From: an uncultured virus (IMG/VR IMGVR_UViG_3300015607_002134)
Taxonomy: Duplodnaviria > Heunggongvirae > Uroviricota > Caudoviricetes
Virus record (IMG/VR): IMGVR_UViG_3300015607_002134
Span: 54,824-74,823 of that record
Length of the DNA stretch: 20,000 nt
Strand: one strand, 5' to 3'
Position numbers and translations under genes: made by a program
The notes under the pieces: model-generated
What the model was told of the DNA's origin: nothing
Database searches by the model: none
The model's input: the letters and a program-made list of their open reading frames with translations, nothing else
Shown: positions 1 through 8,610 of the stretch, in pieces
Numbering within the stretch: the first letter of the stretch is position 1
Layout: each line of letters opens with the position of its first letter

Positions 1-536
1 AGCTATTTGAAGAAGTAGATCCTAAAGACTGGGGAGAAGATGATGATGATCTTTATGGAAGACCACATTATGGAAGTAAGAATGATGACTATGAAGAGTT
101 AAAGAAGAAATTCAAAGAGCAAATGGGTGAATCATTTGATGACGATGATGATAATGAAGATACTTCTGCATCAGATGAAATGGATAACTTATTATATTTA
201 CTTAGAACTCTATTTAAGAATGGTGGTGTAGAAGCTGAATTTGAAAGTAAAGGATTAGATATAATGGTTTATGTTGTTCTTAATAAGAGAGAGAAAATGT
301 CCTCTATACTTAAAGTATTCGATTTAGTTAAGAAACTAAAGAGAGATATATTACCTCAATATGATTCAGAATTTGAAATGTGGGAAACTAAATCAGGACT
401 ACCAATGTTAACATTTAACTTTGAATATGAAGGTTCTGATGGTGATCCTAACCACGATGGTACTAAGCCATTTGATGACCACGAAGGTTCAATTGACTTC
501 GATGAAGATATTGATGATGAAGATCCATTTGTATAA
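1..536 (+). CDS. Acidic hypothetical phage protein, 5'-truncated by the window edge
   Basis: The frame of the 123..536 ORF stays open back to position 3 (LFEEVDPKDWGEDDDD...), so the start lies upstream of the window; D/E-rich ends. Confidence 0.7.
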   Translation, partial: LFEEVDPKDWGEDDDDLYGRPHYGSKNDDYEELKKKFKEQMGESFDDDDDNEDTSASDEMDNLLYLLRTLFKNGGVEAEFESKGLDIMVYVVLNKREKMSSILKVFDLVKKLKRDILPQYDSEFEMWETKSGLPMLTFNFEYEGSDGDPNHDGTKPFDDHEGSIDFDEDIDDEDPFV

Positions 537-586
537 AATGGAAAAAAGTCTGTTTTTTCTTGAAATATATAATATTCACAAAACCA

Positions 587-618
587 TTTTGTATTTTTAA
601 AATATAAATGTATATTTG
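587..618 (+). promoter_or_regulatory. Bacteroidota-type sigma promoter (-7 TAnnTTTG with upstream TTTG) driving the tmRNA
   Basis: TATATTTG at 611-618, TTTTG at 587-591; lies just upstream of the tmRNA 5' end at 640. Confidence 0.65.
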
Positions 619-639
619 TGATATAATTACAAAACACTT

Positions 640-1017
640 GGGGATGTCATAGAATTGATTCGCAGAGTAAAGGTAGTTATGCAGGTATCGGGTGGTAAGA
701 TGTCCGATTAATAAATTATCAGACAAAATTGTAAACGGAAACGTAACAGAAGTAGGAACTCGTGAAGATTTAGTAGCGGCACTACAAAACAACATGCTCT
801 TGGTAGAAGAGCCAGCAACTGTCTAACAGCGGTTACTGACAAAAAAATTCTCCACTGATTCACAACAGACCAAAAGGTGAGATTTTTTGTTGTTACTCGT
901 TTGAGTCTTTCAAAATCAAGTAACTATTTTGTGAGTTTAGAAAAATTTAACAAGCCTGTGAATGAATAAATGCAATTAACTGAGGAAGACACGTTGGGCA
1001 GTGCAACGTCATCTCCA
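640..1017 (+). ncRNA. ssrA: tmRNA (phage-encoded)
   Basis: 5' GGGGATG pairs with 3' CATCTCC (1010-1016) including the G3-U alanine wobble, then discriminator A. T-arm ACGTTG-GGCAGTG-CAACGT. pk1-like pseudoknot ATCGGG/TCCGAT plus TGGTAA/TTATCA (687-721). Tag frame 737-826 follows GTAAAC. Confidence 0.9.
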
Positions 1018-1027
1018 CAAAGAAATT

Positions 1028-1073
1028 ATCCACTCCGCTTCCAGTAGAACAGCGCGCTCAGAGTGGATTTTTT
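1028..1073 (+). terminator. Probable intrinsic terminator after the tmRNA
   Basis: ATCCACTC (1028-1035) pairs with GAGTGGAT (1061-1068), followed by a T-run; nested CGCT..AGCG hairpin in the loop. Confidence 0.65.
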
Positions 1074-1141
1074 ATTATATTTAATTATGAAAAAAAGAAG
1101 AGACAGATCAGATATGTAAGTACAAAAAATAACTTACGTAT

Positions 1142-1462
1142 ATGTCAAAACATACAAACAAACATTGGTTAAGAGAGAAAGAATTTATCTCTCTTAAAAG
1201 AGAATTGGATGAACTTTGGGACACTATTCCTGTCGTTAGATGGAGAAGAATTCCACACACAAGAGTTCATGAGATAAACGCTAGATTGCGTCATAAATTC
1301 TATAATGAATATCATGGTTGGTGTCATACTGCCCCAAAACATTATAGAAAAACATTAAATAGAATACAAAGAGCTAAGTCTAAACAAGTTCTTTATAAAG
1401 TCCTAAATGGTAAAGAAGTTTCTTTCGAGGATTGTTATAAAGGATGTAACTGGTATTGGTAA
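1142..1462 (+). CDS. Small basic hypothetical protein
   Basis: 106-aa K/R/H/W-rich ORF overlapping the next start. Confidence 0.7.
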   Translation: MSKHTNKHWLREKEFISLKRELDELWDTIPVVRWRRIPHTRVHEINARLRHKFYNEYHGWCHTAPKHYRKTLNRIQRAKSKQVLYKVLNGKEVSFEDCYKGCNWYW

Positions 1463-1743
1463 TGAAATTAATAATTATAAATAGTGGCAATAGAATTTCT
1501 ATTGACTTTGATTCAAAGGTTAAGATTAACTCTGGTACCTTACACTCTCTTAAAGAACTAGTAACTCTCAAAGATATTGAGAAAGAAGTTCGAGAGTATC
1601 TTGGAGTTGAAAATTGGAGAACTAGAGTTATGCCTGGTTTCGATTCAACAACTATACATACTGGTAGTGACGAGGAATATAATCGTATTAAAACTATTGT
1701 TAGAAGGGATAATATAATTGAAAAACTATTAGAAAATGATTGA
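1456..1743 (+). CDS. Hypothetical protein with C-terminal RDxxIxxLL motif
   Basis: Overlaps both neighbours; ends IVRRDNIIEKLLEND; the ATG at 1462 is a more likely start. Confidence 0.7.
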   Translation: MVMKLIIINSGNRISIDFDSKVKINSGTLHSLKELVTLKDIEKEVREYLGVENWRTRVMPGFDSTTIHTGSDEEYNRIKTIVRRDNIIEKLLEND

Positions 1744-2212
1744 TAAATTTGAGGGAGAAAATAGATTTTTATCTAATTTTTACCCATCTGAAATAACACA
1801 CGAAGGTATTGTTTATCCAACAAATGAACACTACTATGTTGCCATGAAAATTAATGAACCACAGTATATTACAATAGATGGTGAATTGAAAAATCTAGAT
1901 ATAAAAAGATCTAGAGTTTATGTCTCAAAAATTAAAACCGCAGGTGATGTTAAGAGACTTGGTAGAAAGTTAAAGGTCAGAGATGATTGGGATGATGTTA
2001 AATTATCCGTTATGGAATATGGGGTTAGACAAAAGTTTAACAAACATGAGGATCTTAAAAATATGTTACTCGATACGGGTGATGAAGAGTTAATTGAAGG
2101 TAACTGGTGGGGTGACACTTACTGGGGAGTATGTAATGGTAAGGGGGAAAATCACCTAGGTAAAATACTAATGAGAGTTAGAGAAGAGATTAGATGTCCA
2201 ACCTCTGTGTGA
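1736..2212 (+). CDS. NADAR (YbiA-like) family ADP-ribosyl/N-glycosidase
   Basis: FLSNFY, PTNEHYY, W..VK..VM...KF, LLDTG..ELIE, WGD.YWG, G.N.LGK.LM.VR motifs of NADAR. Confidence 0.92.
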   Translation: MIDKFEGENRFLSNFYPSEITHEGIVYPTNEHYYVAMKINEPQYITIDGELKNLDIKRSRVYVSKIKTAGDVKRLGRKLKVRDDWDDVKLSVMEYGVRQKFNKHEDLKNMLLDTGDEELIEGNWWGDTYWGVCNGKGENHLGKILMRVREEIRCPTSV

Positions 2213-2242
2213 TTTTCTTTTACCACTAGCTACCAGGCATAG

Positions 2243-2269
2243 TTTTGAGTTACAAATTTATTATCTTTG
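2243..2269 (+). promoter_or_regulatory. Bacteroidota-type promoter upstream of the methyltransferase operon
   Basis: TATCTTTG at 2262-2269 and TTTTG at 2243-2247, intergenic. Confidence 0.45.
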
Positions 2270-2334
2270 TATAGAAATGGACGACAATAAACTTAGTCAT
2301 ATATTAGTTATATAACCAATAAAATATTTTTTAA

Positions 2335-3315
2335 ATGAGTATAATTTCCTATTTTGGTGGTAAGTCAAGTAATGTGTTTATGAATTTTATAAACACTCGA
2401 ATACCAAAAGATGGTAGTATTAAAACCTATGTTGAACCATTTAGTGGAGCAATGGGTACATTCATGGATGATGATTCATTGAAATTTGATACTGTCATTT
2501 ATAATGATAAGAACAGACACCAAGTTAATCTATTTAAGTGTTGTTCAGAACCCGATAAGTTTATTCCCTATCTTGAAAATATAAAAAACGGTCTACTAAA
2601 GACATCTGAGACTGATCCACTTAAGAAGTGGGATTTCTATAAATCTATTTATAAAGATTATACTAAAAATGATTTTTTAGATAATAATAATTTCCAAATT
2701 GGTGATTTTGAAAAGGCTGCAATTTATGCTTTCCTTATTACATCTTCACATAATTCTGTTTATCCGAGAGGGGCAGGATTTAATGGATATAAAAAGGATA
2801 GAGATAAGTTAAAGTTGGAAGTACTTATTAATAAACTTAAAAAGAACACCTATACACAAAAGCTAAAATCTATTACAGAGTTCTCAAATATTGATTTTGA
2901 GGAACTAATTAAAAAGTATGACTCTGAAGATACATTTATGTATCTTGATCCTCCTTATGCTAGATTTAATGAAGATAAGGGAGATGATGATGCGAAGCGT
3001 TTATTTTGGTATGGTGCTGACTCTGATGGAGTTTTTGGTCCATCTTCACATAGAAGATTAATAGAATTATTGAAGAATACTAAGTGCAGATGGTCTCTAT
3101 CATACTACTATTTCCCATTATTGGATGAATTACTTCCTCGTGGTGAATATTACTGGGAACAGAAAGAAGTATTTAGAAGTTCTGCTCAAGGTGGTAATAA
3201 TCACCAATTAAAGGGTAAACAAGAAAAGGGTGTCGAACTTTTGATAATGAACTACGATCCATCTACTGGTAAGAAAACAAATTTAGCGCATGTGGATAGA
3301 CGAGTTGAAATCTAG
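2335..3315 (+). CDS. Dam-like (D12 class) DNA adenine N6-methyltransferase
   Basis: YFGGKS, YVEPFSG (motif I), IYND, YLDPPY (motif IV), terminal ELLIMNY. Confidence 0.92.
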   Translation: MSIISYFGGKSSNVFMNFINTRIPKDGSIKTYVEPFSGAMGTFMDDDSLKFDTVIYNDKNRHQVNLFKCCSEPDKFIPYLENIKNGLLKTSETDPLKKWDFYKSIYKDYTKNDFLDNNNFQIGDFEKAAIYAFLITSSHNSVYPRGAGFNGYKKDRDKLKLEVLINKLKKNTYTQKLKSITEFSNIDFEELIKKYDSEDTFMYLDPPYARFNEDKGDDDAKRLFWYGADSDGVFGPSSHRRLIELLKNTKCRWSLSYYYFPLLDELLPRGEYYWEQKEVFRSSAQGGNNHQLKGKQEKGVELLIMNYDPSTGKKTNLAHVDRRVEI

Positions 3316-4012
3316 TGATTTAGTCAATGTAATGCCTTACATGACTTTGAATAAGAATCTTAATAACTTTATTAAGATTCAATTTAGTATGGCTTACCAT
3401 GAACCGGATGAACTATTGAATAGAGATAAATTGATACATCTCGTTTCAAATGAGTTTAATATGGCAATATCGAATAAAATAATGAAAGAGTTTAATTCAG
3501 TAAATGTCTTTGATTATATCGATAAAAGTGGTATTGGTGATATTCAAGTTTTACCATTAAATGATGTTATTAAAATAGCTGAGGAGTTTTACCATAAGAC
3601 AGATTCTTATAAGTATCTAATCACCAATGGTAATTTGGGTAGCTTTCTACAAGATTCTTCAAGATTTACCATTACACCAGTCACTAATAGTATATCAAAT
3701 TGGTCATCACTTACATATAATATTGGTAAGTTTGGAGATTTGGATGTTTGGATTGATCCAGTTCTTGAATGGAAAGATACAACAGGCTATCTTTTCGATG
3801 GAATCAACATTAACATTGGTGATTTCACAGCAACGATCAGTAATCAAGCAACATTTACACCAAGATTGATATTTGACTTAGAGATTGATTTTAGGATTAT
3901 TAATCCTAAATTATTTTTTGTAGTAACTGATAAGACATCAAAGTCATATTCAAGATACAAATCTCTACTAAGAGATATTAAAATTAATGATGTTTTAGAT
4001 GAAGAAAATTAG
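3290..4012 (+). CDS. Degenerate gp23-type major capsid protein-like protein with C-terminal RDIKINDVL motif
   Basis: LVSNEFNMAISNKIM, YLITNGNLGSFL, IGKFGDLDVWIDP and ATFTPRL follow the order of T4 gp23 C-terminal elements (recalled sequence); only 240 aa. Confidence 0.55.
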   Translation: MWIDELKSSDLVNVMPYMTLNKNLNNFIKIQFSMAYHEPDELLNRDKLIHLVSNEFNMAISNKIMKEFNSVNVFDYIDKSGIGDIQVLPLNDVIKIAEEFYHKTDSYKYLITNGNLGSFLQDSSRFTITPVTNSISNWSSLTYNIGKFGDLDVWIDPVLEWKDTTGYLFDGININIGDFTATISNQATFTPRLIFDLEIDFRIINPKLFFVVTDKTSKSYSRYKSLLRDIKINDVLDEEN

Positions 4013-4256
4013 AAATTCATATTTAAGAATAAAACAGAGTGGTGATAATGACCCGAATTCCGGAGTATTTGACCCAGATGTATCTGCTGATATTGATGGT
4101 AATGTGAGGGTTGATGGATTGGTATTGGTTGATCGTAAAACTGGAAAAGATTGGCAAATCTCTATATATGATGGTGAAATAATGATAGAACCACTTGAGA
4201 AAGAGGAGAGAAGAGATTATAGAATTAAAAAGATAATAACAGATGGAAGTAAGTAA
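3999..4256 (+). CDS. Hypothetical protein with C-terminal RDYRIKKII motif
   Basis: Overlapping operon ORF; GLVLVDRKTGKDWQISIYDG beta-meander resembles short tail-fibre modules. Confidence 0.7.
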   Translation: MKKIRNSYLRIKQSGDNDPNSGVFDPDVSADIDGNVRVDGLVLVDRKTGKDWQISIYDGEIMIEPLEKEERRDYRIKKIITDGSK

Positions 4257-4626
4257 GCATTTGGATAAAATTAAATCAATGGGATTTGATATATCAATTG
4301 ATTGGAATAGTGAAATTAATATTTGGTATAATGCTAATGATATTTACCCAGCTACTGCTTATTCTGCTGAGATATTACATTGTGCATTCTATCAGAGTAA
4401 AACATCGGGATATTCATTTGAACAAGTTATAGAGTCTTGTTGCGATGCTTTCTATGCTTGGTATAATAAAAATGTTGATACTATTAAGTATTTTGATAAA
4501 AACTATAATGCAGATGCACTTGAAAAGTTAGAAAGTTGTACACTTGGTGATATTACTAAACAAATTGCAAGAGATTTGAATCTTGTTGATGTGTTGGAAG
4601 TATTTGCTAAATACGATAGAGATTAA
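4243..4626 (+). CDS. Hypothetical protein with near-terminal RDLNLVDVL motif
   Basis: Last ORF of the + strand operon; stop overlaps the convergent gene. Confidence 0.7.
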   Translation: MEVSKHLDKIKSMGFDISIDWNSEINIWYNANDIYPATAYSAEILHCAFYQSKTSGYSFEQVIESCCDAFYAWYNKNVDTIKYFDKNYNADALEKLESCTLGDITKQIARDLNLVDVLEVFAKYDRD

Positions 4627-5105
4627 TGTTCTCCACTTCTTGTTACATTTATATCTTGTGTTATATCCTCTACTGACCAGTATCCTGTTTCAGATTTAAC
4701 TTTTTTAGATGTTTTCTCTAAGACATTTTCAATTTCCTCTTCTAAGATTTGCATATCATATGTGAATTGATTTGCAATTTCTTCAGCGATGAATCTTAAT
4801 TCATCTAACTTTTCTGCCTCGTCTGTGATAGCTCTTGATTCTTGAATTCTTGATTGAAGCCAACTTGTATGTTCATGTTCATTTGATTCTTTGATACTAT
4901 CAATTGCATCGATCTTATCATCAATCATATCACGACTAATATCTGTCCATTTACGAGTGTTTTTATCGAATTTAGACTTCATGACATTTGGTAAGTTACC
5001 TACTTTATTCTCATTATCAGAATAACCCCTTCTATCTTTTTGTAATTCCTTCTTCTCTATATCTTTTGAGAAGTCGTCAAATGTTTTTACTTTCTTACCT
5101 GCCAT
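4623..5105 (-). CDS. Charged hypothetical protein, possible internal head protein
   Basis: N-terminus KVKTFDDF; TTAATATATA box upstream (5128-5137). Confidence 0.65.
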   Translation of the reverse strand: MAGKKVKTFDDFSKDIEKKELQKDRRGYSDNENKVGNLPNVMKSKFDKNTRKWTDISRDMIDDKIDAIDSIKESNEHEHTSWLQSRIQESRAITDEAEKLDELRFIAEEIANQFTYDMQILEEEIENVLEKTSKKVKSETGYWSVEDITQDINVTRSGEH

Positions 5106-5139
5106 AATTTGTAGTAATTTTATAATCTATATATTAAGA

Positions 5140-5832
5140 TTAGGATTTGATTTTTTCATCTAAAATCCTTGCAATGTTTGATCCTATAAAGAAGTGTATA
5201 TTTCTTAAAGTATCTGATTCAACAGTTTGAATATCATCCATGAACTTGAATTGGAATTTGTATTTGTCTTGCTCTTCATCAGTCTCTCTATCAACCTTTG
5301 ATACAGATACATCCATTTTATAGTTGTTATTGACATCAACTTCAAAGTCGAATGTGGTTTTATCACAAGGGGTTGTTTTGAACTTTGGTTCATATTTTAC
5401 ATCAAAGATTGAATAATCAGTAATCTTTTCTCTTCTCATATAATAGTTTAAGAACATAGCGGGTGCCTCGATGAAATCACTTAAAATTTGAAGGTCCTCT
5501 CCAAAGTTTCTTGATTCTATTATATCTTCAATTTTCTGTTTCATATCAATAATATTATCAAAGTCTATTCTATGGTAAACACAGTTTATGTCATATAGAT
5601 ATAAGAATGATTCTTCAATTATGTATCTCTTTTCTAAGTCGGATTTGAATATGAACTTAGTATGTATTATAGATGAGTCTTCAACAGATAATCCATGTAT
5701 TGAAATAACAAGTTTGTAAAAGTCTTCATCCTCAGATAGCTCATATACTGTTTCTACTGATTTAACGACACCTTCTTCCTCTTCAAATACTTCCTTAAAA
5801 GCTTGCTCTATTTCCGATATTTTTATTTTCAT
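5140..5832 (-). CDS. Acidic hypothetical protein
   Basis: 230-aa ORF, ATGA-coupled to the upstream nucleotidyltransferase. Confidence 0.75.
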   Translation of the reverse strand: MKIKISEIEQAFKEVFEEEEGVVKSVETVYELSEDEDFYKLVISIHGLSVEDSSIIHTKFIFKSDLEKRYIIEESFLYLYDINCVYHRIDFDNIIDMKQKIEDIIESRNFGEDLQILSDFIEAPAMFLNYYMRREKITDYSIFDVKYEPKFKTTPCDKTTFDFEVDVNNNYKMDVSVSKVDRETDEEQDKYKFQFKFMDDIQTVESDTLRNIHFFIGSNIARILDEKIKS

Positions 5833-6911
5833 ATTCCAAAATCATCTTTTATATCTTTTGTAACATCACCTAGTGTGTTAAAAGTTTCAGTTCTATTATT
5901 CTCAAAGTCACCGAAAACTGTATTGCCATAGTTTTGTCTTTCTACTCTAATTGGTGATTCCTTATAATATACCTTTATAAAGTCAGAAAATCCTTCTGAA
6001 TAACCACAAGAACCATATTCTATATCTATATAGTCTTTATTCTCATCGTAATTATATCTTAAGCTCGTAGACCAACTTTCGTCACTTTGTTTATCTAACT
6101 CTTTACTTATATTATCTAATGTGTATAGAAACTCAAGCAACTCGTCTGTATTTGATTCAAATTGCTTATCATATGCGTATTTCTTTAACTCCATTATTTT
6201 ACCAATATATCCATTTCTTCTTAGTAGTTTGAAAACCAAATTACCAATTGAGTACTCACCACTCTCACTTTCCAATCCACTCTTTCTAAGGTCTTTTATT
6301 TTCTTCCAAACCTTATCGATTTTTTCTTTGAACGACTCATATTTATCCTCATCTACTTGTTCTTCTATATCATCAACCTTATCCATTATGGATGTTGCTT
6401 TTTTAGAAATCATCTTTTCGTCTGGTTCGAAGTCCACTTTTTCTGGCTTTTTAATCCACTTGTTCTTCATCAATGAGAATACACCACCCATTCTTCCAGA
6501 CTTTATACCTTCTTTCAAGTCATCTTCGTTCTGAATTGCCACTTCAACTTCATATCCCTTAATTGTTATGTCATGTCCTGAATTCCACATCTTCTTGGCA
6601 TAGTCACATAGTTGTTCAACTAGTTCTAGGTTTTCATCAACATCTCTATAATCGATTATGATGTGTAAATCGTAGTCAGAGTATTGTTCTGACCAGTTAT
6701 AGTTACATAATGATCCACATAGTGCAATATCAATAACATCTGCTTCTATATCAGTTGATTCATAGAAGTCTTGTGCTATTTGTAATAAGTCTGTTCTAAC
6801 CTCTTCTGATAATTCAAAGTTATCCCATAACTTAGGATTTAAGTTGTCTTTAATATAAAATGACTTTATAGGATCTAAGTCAGATTCCTTGAATTCGTAG
6901 AATTTTAACAT
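5829..6911 (-). CDS. Pol-beta superfamily nucleotidyltransferase
   Basis: hGS (LCGS) ... SDYDLH signature plus distal EVEV strand; N-terminus MLKFYEFKES. Confidence 0.8.
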   Translation of the reverse strand: MLKFYEFKESDLDPIKSFYIKDNLNPKLWDNFELSEEVRTDLLQIAQDFYESTDIEADVIDIALCGSLCNYNWSEQYSDYDLHIIIDYRDVDENLELVEQLCDYAKKMWNSGHDITIKGYEVEVAIQNEDDLKEGIKSGRMGGVFSLMKNKWIKKPEKVDFEPDEKMISKKATSIMDKVDDIEEQVDEDKYESFKEKIDKVWKKIKDLRKSGLESESGEYSIGNLVFKLLRRNGYIGKIMELKKYAYDKQFESNTDELLEFLYTLDNISKELDKQSDESWSTSLRYNYDENKDYIDIEYGSCGYSEGFSDFIKVYYKESPIRVERQNYGNTVFGDFENNRTETFNTLGDVTKDIKDDFGI

Positions 6912-6915
6912 AGAG

Positions 6916-6925
6916 TATATATTAA
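6916..6925 (-). promoter_or_regulatory. TTAATATATA box (putative late promoter)
   Basis: Exact 10-mer 4 nt upstream of the ATG; identical copies at 5128-5137(-), 11550-11559(-), 11577-11586(+), 12794-12803(-), 12826-12835(+) and 15828-15837(+). Confidence 0.65.
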
Positions 6926-6934
6926 AATGTTAAT

Positions 6935-7408
6935 TTATTTCTTGGTGAAGTATTTCTCTCTTAGCTCTTTTTTAGCTTTTGTGTAATACCAAGCATCAAT
7001 AGCGTGTTGCTTTTGACCAAAGAAAAAGTTTAATAATTTGCTAAACTTCAAACCAAATTTATTTAACTTACCATCTATTTGTAGTTTACCAACACTTGCT
7101 GATACTGACATATTTTTCTCAGTGAATGTTGTATTCTCCTCTGCTGTTAACATATCTTCCAATATTTCACCATTTACATTCCAAGCCAAATCAAGTGAGT
7201 ATGCAATTTCATAAAACGCATGTCCTATTGCAGCTGAGAATCCATCTATTAGTCTCCACCAAAATTGGAAAAACGCATACCATTTTTTGAAAGTTATTGA
7301 TAACCATATCGAATAACCTAGTGAGTAAGCAGTACCTATTGTAAGCATTAAACAACTTACTATAATTGCCCATATTAGAGCCCATAAACCTTGAAATAGT
7401 TCTTTCAT
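6935..7408 (-). CDS. Membrane protein with N-terminal hydrophobic helices
   Basis: Likely start ATG 7408 (MKELFQGLWALIWAIIVSCLML...), just after the upstream stop; hydrophobic/aromatic N-terminal half. Confidence 0.7.
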   Translation of the reverse strand: MKELFQGLWALIWAIIVSCLMLTIGTAYSLGYSIWLSITFKKWYAFFQFWWRLIDGFSAAIGHAFYEIAYSLDLAWNVNGEILEDMLTAEENTTFTEKNMSVSASVGKLQIDGKLNKFGLKFSKLLNFFFGQKQHAIDAWYYTKAKKELREKYFTKK

Positions 7409-7409
7409 A

Positions 7410-7667
7410 TTATTTATTTTTAAATTTTTTTGATGTTCCCGGAATAACTCTATCAGATGACATTGTTCCGGTGAACTCATAGTCAAAGTAGTCATCTACC
7501 TTTATTTTGAATTTTTTATTACCATCTGTTACATAAGCGCACCTAACGGTTGGGTCATAGTTTAGCTCTTTTATGATTAATGGATCACCATCTTTGTCAT
7601 ATATGGTTTCACCAACTAATGTTTCTCTAAGAACCATTTCGAATATATTTGTCTTATACTTTGCCAT
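7410..7667 (-). CDS. Small hypothetical protein
   Basis: 85-aa ORF; variant AAAATATATA box at 7724-7733. Confidence 0.65.
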   Translation of the reverse strand: MAKYKTNIFEMVLRETLVGETIYDKDGDPLIIKELNYDPTVRCAYVTDGNKKFKIKVDDYFDYEFTGTMSSDRVIPGTSKKFKNK

Positions 7668-7732
7668 AATTTATTAAGTCATATTTTGTAGATGTGTTTT
7701 AATCTCTGGCCAGAAATATTATCTATATATTT

Positions 7733-8440
7733 TTAGTTCAATCTTAAACTTTCTATTATACCATCTTTAATTGCCTGATTTAAATATGGTTTTGTACTAT
7801 TTGCTATCACATCTCTAAGTGGTTGTGTGTATCCATCTATAAATAGGCTAATCTCACTTTTAACGGATGTTAATAAGTCGAATGAATATAATTGACCTAT
7901 ATTAATTAATACATATGACTTTGCTTTAGATATAATATTAGTTCGTCTATCAATTCCTTCTTGTATTGATTCTTCTAATGTGTAATACTTTACTGTATTT
8001 TTTATAAGACCAATACTATTATCACTAAGGTACCATCTAGATGATTGATTTCTATACTGCACTAAACCATTCGAATCTCTTATATATTCTCTGGTTTCAT
8101 CTAATATTAAATTTGAATATGTGTGACCATCATAGAACTCATAATATTCAACTTTTGTTAATTCCCCAAATATTATTGTTCTTTTTTTGTGAAATCCAAG
8201 TATATCATAATCTATAATTGATGGATCTATGTAGGATCCTATCTTAAATTTCTTTTCAGTTATTTCCTCTCCATAATTATACCCATTACTTATATAAAAA
8301 GCTTGATACTTATAAAGTGGTAAATTTGGATTATTAATATCACAAACAAGTACTAAATCGTCTTCATTGTAGGAACCACCTTCAAAAACAATTAAGTTTG
8401 GATTACTCATCATTTGTTGATTTTTAGTTAAATTTATCAT
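7733..8440 (-). CDS. Hypothetical protein in the tail-fibre cluster
   Basis: 235-aa Tyr-rich ORF co-oriented with structural genes. Confidence 0.7.
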   Translation of the reverse strand: MINLTKNQQMMSNPNLIVFEGGSYNEDDLVLVCDINNPNLPLYKYQAFYISNGYNYGEEITEKKFKIGSYIDPSIIDYDILGFHKKRTIIFGELTKVEYYEFYDGHTYSNLILDETREYIRDSNGLVQYRNQSSRWYLSDNSIGLIKNTVKYYTLEESIQEGIDRRTNIISKAKSYVLINIGQLYSFDLLTSVKSEISLFIDGYTQPLRDVIANSTKPYLNQAIKDGIIESLRLN

Positions 8441-8442
8441 AA

Positions 8443-8610
8443 TTAGCTAATTATAATTGTTATTGATTCACCTCCAGCGGATGTGAAATCATAGTTAGGT
8501 CCATCAAGTGAATATGATATTATACTACCATTTACTGTCTGTGGAGTTTCTAATATAAATTCAGTTGTATCACCTGAAGCTGTTCCTCCGAAAATTATAT
8601 CATCTATCAT
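8443..8610 (-). CDS. 55-aa protein absent from the ORF track
   Basis: MIDDIIFGGTASGDTTEFILETPQTVNGSIISYSLDGPNYDFTSAGGESITIIIS; ATGA overlap with the 704-aa gene stop; fills the gap almost exactly. Confidence 0.7.
   Translation of the reverse strand: MIDDIIFGGTASGDTTEFILETPQTVNGSIISYSLDGPNYDFTSAGGESITIIIS

Noticed and set aside
356..795. Minus-strand ORFs 356..637 and 463..795
   Set aside because: Antisense shadows of the first CDS and of the tmRNA and its promoter.
4900..4940. ISRDMIDDKIDAID in ORF 4623..5105 as another copy of the tag
   Set aside because: Internal position and hydrophobic spacing do not fit the consensus.
5829..6911. The nucleotidyltransferase as the tmRNA's CCA-adding enzyme or a CBASS cyclase
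   Set aside because: Only the generic GS..DxD signature is visible; no family-specific motifs or effector neighbours.
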